A stretch of DNA of 64,000 nucleotides from Daphnia carinata (taxonomy: Eukaryota): positions 11,408,001-11,472,000 of the forward strand of contig NC_081331.1 in the NCBI RefSeq assembly GCF_022539665.2, read 5' to 3'. Below, in pieces: positions 58,841-64,000 of the stretch (position 1 is its first letter; the number at the start of each line of letters is the position of its first letter). Position numbers and translations under genes: made by a program. A model generated the notes under the pieces. That model searched no databases. It saw only the letters and a list, made by a program, of their open reading frames with translations, and was not told where the DNA came from.

Positions 58841-60013
58841 TTAATGACTCTTATCGTTCGAGCTTTTATTGTTAAAACCTTGGACGTAACCGGAGCCGTC
58901 GGGTTTATCCTGCCTTCCGTCTATACCGCGCCCGCGTCCACTGTCATCAAATCTCATTTTCTGCCGGAACGTTTAAAATAAGATTAGAAATAGAGTAAAT
59001 TTTTTAAAAATGCCATCTACGTACGCTAGATCCAGTATATTTAGCCGAATCGGTCAGCCTATCTACTGCAGCTGTCTTGACAGCGACCTAAAATGTTTAG
59101 AGGGAAAAACATTAGTTGCTTATTTTAAATAATGGCAACCGTCGTCGCCTAGCGTTTTCAAAATTATACCGTAGTTCCGCTTGTTCCGGGTATGCCGCAT
59201 TGAATCATTTTATCTCGAATTTCGGACAACTCAACTTTTTTCGCTTTGGCCAAATCCTCCAAAAACTTTTGGTAGTCGGCGAGTCCTAGTCTGAGAGACC
59301 TATTGAATGCGCAAATGTCAATAAAAGAAAAACGTTGCATCGTAAACATAGAGTTGACATTGACAAACGATAAGTTTACATGCTACTGACAAATATAGGC
59401 TTCCGGAAAAGAAGAGAACAAACTCGAGTCGAACACCCATGCGCCGTCTTACGCATAAATAATCGAATCAGATTTCTTCTTTATTTATTGTTTGTTTTTA
59501 GAGACATGGTATTGTACATGCTCTTAAAAAAAGGACGGCTTTTGCCAGTCATCCTTTTTTTTTCTCTCTCTTTGAGTCGCCCATTCTCATTTAGGAACAA
59601 AATCATTTATAGTAAATTTAAAACTGAACTTACTTGTATTTTTTGAAGTAGATTCCAGTGTCGGTGGCTGTAATTTTTTTCCCATCGATGACCTTAGCTT
59701 GTTTCATCCTGCATGACACACACAAATCATTTTTACCGTCGTCATTCGAAAAAGAAAGCGCCATTCGAGAGTCAAAATGTGTCAAATAAAAATGACGTTA
59801 CCACTTGTCACTCTGTGACAAGGAGATTGCTTTGCCATCGGCTTTGCTGTCACCGAATTTTGCGAAGGCGCGGAACAGTTCCGCCAATGGATTTTTTGCT
59901 CCCGAACTGGGACGAGGAGATGCTGGAACGTCGGGCAATTCATCTTTGAGCGATTGAAGGGGTTGTTCTCCATTCAAGCCCTCTTGCGACGAATTAGAGT
60001 GGACATCAGCCAT
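58841..60013 (-). CDS. TPPP: Tubulin polymerization-promoting protein (TPPP/p25alpha, ringer-like)
   Basis: [57 protein letters not shown] and [14 protein letters not shown]...GYVQGF. Confidence 0.93.
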
Positions 60014-63000
60014 ATTTTTCTAGGTATTAGTGGAGACAGGTCCCGCCATTAAAACGAGGAAGTCGTAAAGAAACAAATAGATAAAAGAGCAAAAGAAAAA
60101 GCCATAGTTGTGCGCGTAGAACAAAAAAGAGGGGAGAACATGGTACGGTCGAACGAACAAGCATTCGAATATGGTCAGGCGTCACGTAACGAATATTCTT
60201 GTGGGTAATCAAGTGGCGGCTGAGTAAACAGTGACTAAGCGAGAGCTTGTTGTTTTTTACCACGTCCCTATATACTTTTTCCCCGTAAGCCTCCGTTTAC
60301 TGGCTTTTCTTCATTCTTAACACTTTTTTCAGTTTCTCACATGCTTCTTTACATTTTTGTTTTGTACATAGGGTTTTCTTTTTATTGTAACCACATATTG
60401 GAAAAACAGTATCCGAAAGCAATAGTCCGTGCTCTGATAATTATCCGTGTCGACGTGCTCGTCCGTCCGGAAATCAAGTACTAACTGACTGTATGTACAT
60501 TTGAAAAGTCCCATTCACTTCGACCTCCCTCTCTATACATCGTTTATACCTCGCCTATTTGCGATACTTAAGCCATATTTGCGTGCGCTTAAACATACAA
60601 CAAACACACAGACTCGGCGGTAACGTTTCGTTCATTTGCATCGGTGAGCTCATTGCTGTTCTCACCTTTTTTCGCATCTTCATCCTAGCGGCTAAAAATG
60701 CATAGTTCGAGCATAAAACATAAAAAGAAAGGCTGGTAAAAGTCTCATTTGGCCTCGTCCATCTGTTGCTTGTAAATTACCTTTCTTTTTTTGTGTGTGC
60801 CTATTGCTCAGCTTTTCAGCTGTGCAAATCTATTTATGTTTCAGAGCAACATCCTTGTGATGTGCGCGTCTTCCCGCTTCGGACCCTGATAATTTCCTCT
60901 GTTTTATCTGATCACGTCATCTTTATCGCTTGCCATGTTACATGAGGCAATCTTTTCCGTTTTCCTTTCTGCAATTTCTTTAAAAATGTCGCGTTTTTCT
61001 GATGACATCATCGGCTGTAGCCAATGCATCCTCTGCCAAACGACAAGCGAATCTACAATAAAGCCACGGCGAATTGTGTCATCATTTTACAGAGAACTAT
61101 CCGGTCAAAAATCAATACGACGAGAGAGCATGCGCTTCAAAGACAGGCGTTACCCGTTCGCATTTCCCGCCATTCTTTCCCCCCTTTCCATCGTTTCCGC
61201 CGCTCTTTATTTATTATTATTATTTTTTGTTAATACCTCTTAGAAATAAAGTGGGCAATTGTCATTCAAAATGTCCGAATAGTCGAAACAATGTTGAAAA
61301 ATAACTTACGTTTTCAGCCGACGTTCTCGCCTTTTTTGTTGTTGTTTTAGTTTCCGGGTAATTGAACAACAAAAGAACAAAGAAATTTTAGTTGCGTGGA
61401 GGATGGCTAAAATGAATCACAATCTATTCGATTTGCAACTGCCAGTCGGTGCGGAAGATGGATGGAGATGGTGGGTCGTCGAAACAAGCGATGACGTGCA
61501 ACACGCGGCGTTGGTAATTTGTTGTTGTTGTTGTTCTCACAGTCTGGGTCGAATTGAGCGCGTGCCTTGCTCCGGACGAGTCTATAGCGTATAACAGGCA
61601 CAAAACACTCCTCTCCTGCTCAGCTGGATGTAGAGGCCTGGTAAATGTGTGTGGAGTCAATTGTTGAAGCGGAGCGACGCGGCGGGAGAATGTAACGCAG
61701 CACGTACGTTAGTGAACAGAGAGCTTGAAGCGTGGGTTGTCTTTCGTTGTTTCATTCCTTCGTTCGGGATATCGTGACTAGCTCAACCCATCCACCAACG
61801 CTGTAATTTTTCTCCGAATCTCCTGACCTCCAAACTCGCTAGATGGCGTAGCCTACTGCCTCATCCATAATTCCTCCTCGATTTTATTTTTTAGAAAGGC
61901 AATGAATTGAAAATTCCAAAATAGCTGGATGGCCAACCAAAATGCGAATACATTAAATCAGTCAGAAATGATTGATTATTCTAGGTAGGTGTTTCGTAGT
62001 AGTATGGTGTGGGAGGAGCAACACCAAAAGCGAATGTCAATGAGTAGAAAAATAGGCTGATGTGTCTGCAAAATCTGTTGCCCTTTGCGTAGTACGAGAT
62101 CCACCGATTGATTCGATGACTATTATTGCACTTCTTTCAAAACAGACCCAGAGCGTGAATACTCGTGTACGAAAAGCCTGTCTACAGATAGCGACAGAAC
62201 GTATCAACATTTTGACGGCGTCAAACATTGCGTTTTTTTTTTCAACAAAATATTGTAAAGACTTTACATATTTCGTGATTCCTTTTAAAATCAAATGCCG
62301 GTTTTTGTTGAACTGAACAATCAGAAAGAGAACCACTTTTGTGCGATCAATCTCGTGTGGTTTGCTCTTTGTATTTCCATCTCTTGCGGGGGCTACAAAA
62401 TCGTTGTTTTTCGATAAAAAGAAAGCAACCGACCTCCAAAAAGACGGCTTCTTTTTCTTCCTTTTACCTATCATATATTTTTACTAGATTTTTCTTTCGG
62501 TCCCCTTTTTTTGTACCGTCCCCCAGCGGCTTAGTCGTGATCGATGAACAGGATAGCAAAAGTATCGAAAGACTTCGGGTGGGTGTTGGGTAAAAGCAAA
62601 AAAAAAAAAGAAATGTTTGTTCCGTACAGAAAGTTGGGAGAAACATATCACGGGAAAAGATTTCTTGTTGTCACCTGCAGTAGTTACACATTTTAGTCCC
62701 GCTTCGTTTTTTTTTTTTGCTGGTAGTTGACGATGTATTCTTTATGTATTCCTTGTTATACACTCGTACCAAACGCGGTATCTACAATAATCATTCTGTT
62801 GAGGGGGAAAAAAAATGTTTGCAATGTCAAAATCTTTTCCGTTTCCTCTGGTCAATAAGAATCACTGACGGACGAGGGTAAATCAATCGTATTAACCTGT
62901 CAAGCGCATTACGATCGGATGTGTAACGTACAACGTTGTAAGGATTGGTCCTTATTTTGTTAGTTTAGATTTCTCTTGGTACTATTTGTTATGCAAGGAG

Positions 63001-64000
63001 AATAGAAACTAACGCATTGGAAGCCAAATAACTTAAAGATAAGGGCCTGTGTTCAGTTCACTAGATGGTGCTGCTGTCCACAAGTTGGACGCGGTAGTTC
63101 CATTGATTTTTTGAAAAATTTAGTTGCAATCAAATTTTATTGCGTACAGTTTCAAATTTCTGTTTGTCTCTCATTTCAAAGGGGTAAGAATTGTCGAATG
63201 GGACGTCGAAAGATATCAGATTTGTCAAAACTAACGTTTTGTCTGTTTTAAAGTGCAAATATGCCAATCGATCTCTTGGAAAATTGAATGGACGCACGGG
63301 CGCGCGCAGTCCCGTGAATTTGGCCGGCCTCTTTTGTTCCGCCTTTCCCTTTTTGGTGGCCATCGCTTTATGGCATTTTGCACGCGACCACTCCATACAA
63401 TGCCCAGGTTCTTCCCTCTGCCTTCACAGTCTCGTCATCGATAGATAATCCCATCAAGAATAAGGATACGACTGAGCTCTTTATGAAGCTTTTTCTTCCC
63501 CTTTTTGTTCACGTAACATTTGAGTTGTATTTATAGTCGAACGAAGCAGGTCGAATGAAAAGCCCAGGTACTTTATCAACAAATGGTTACTGTTTTCTGA
63601 GGATGAAATCCCACCGTTTCCTCTTTGCGCAGCTGCCCAATTCCTTTATGAGTATTGATGTTATCAAACAGGATATCGTCGATACTTTTGTAAAAAAATA
63701 ACAGACCCCTAACTCTGTGTAAAATAATCCAATAACTCACGCTATAGGAGGTTATTGCTGAATCGATAATTCCCCCGTTCATTTTTTTCTTGAAGTGGAT
63801 TCGCTGTGTTTAATGATGAACGATCCCGTCCTTCTCCTGCTGTGCATATCGGACGATAAAATTCTAATTGATTTCCATACGGCGTGTAGCGATTTTTCCG
63901 CGCGGGTAATAACGAAGGGAAGCCAATCGTAGGTGGACTGTTACTATGCCTGACTAAGAACTCCATGGAGAGAAACGAGAGGGGGGAAAAAAGGTCAATC

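Noticed and set aside
60027..64000. Short ORFs upstream of TPPP
   Set aside because: They have low-complexity, non-coding-like composition and are probably 5' UTR exons, introns and regulatory DNA.

Overview
Gene-dense, AT-rich eukaryotic DNA with many 55-90 nt introns, most consistent with a cladoceran crustacean such as Daphnia (inferred from intron size and gene content, not proven). About 19 intron-containing protein genes can be reconstructed by hand: FBXL18-like (3' part only), ARP8, ERG28-like, tau-tubulin kinase/Asator, GINS4/SLD5, Rab4, a portabella-like SLC18 transporter, a 9-Kunitz/VWC secreted protein, LMO/Beadex, hydroxyacid oxidase, C1D, METTL10/EEF1AKMT2, HAUS1, UXS1, an endosomal NHE, BBS7, a trypsin-like protease, a C8orf76-like TPR protein and TPPP/p25alpha. 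The best discovery candidate is non-coding: a ~360 nt segment at ~47145-47504 between NHE and BBS7 with the full ordered architecture of an animal telomerase RNA (CUAACCUAAC template for TTAGG, template-boundary hairpin, pseudoknot, closing P1, CR4/5-like junction, box H/ACA domain). The second is an apparently domesticated Mutator (MULE) transposase gene with a duplicated CG-1-like DNA-binding domain and a D->G change at the first catalytic Asp. All family assignments come from remembered motifs and all RNA pairings were checked by eye; no searches or folding programs were run.
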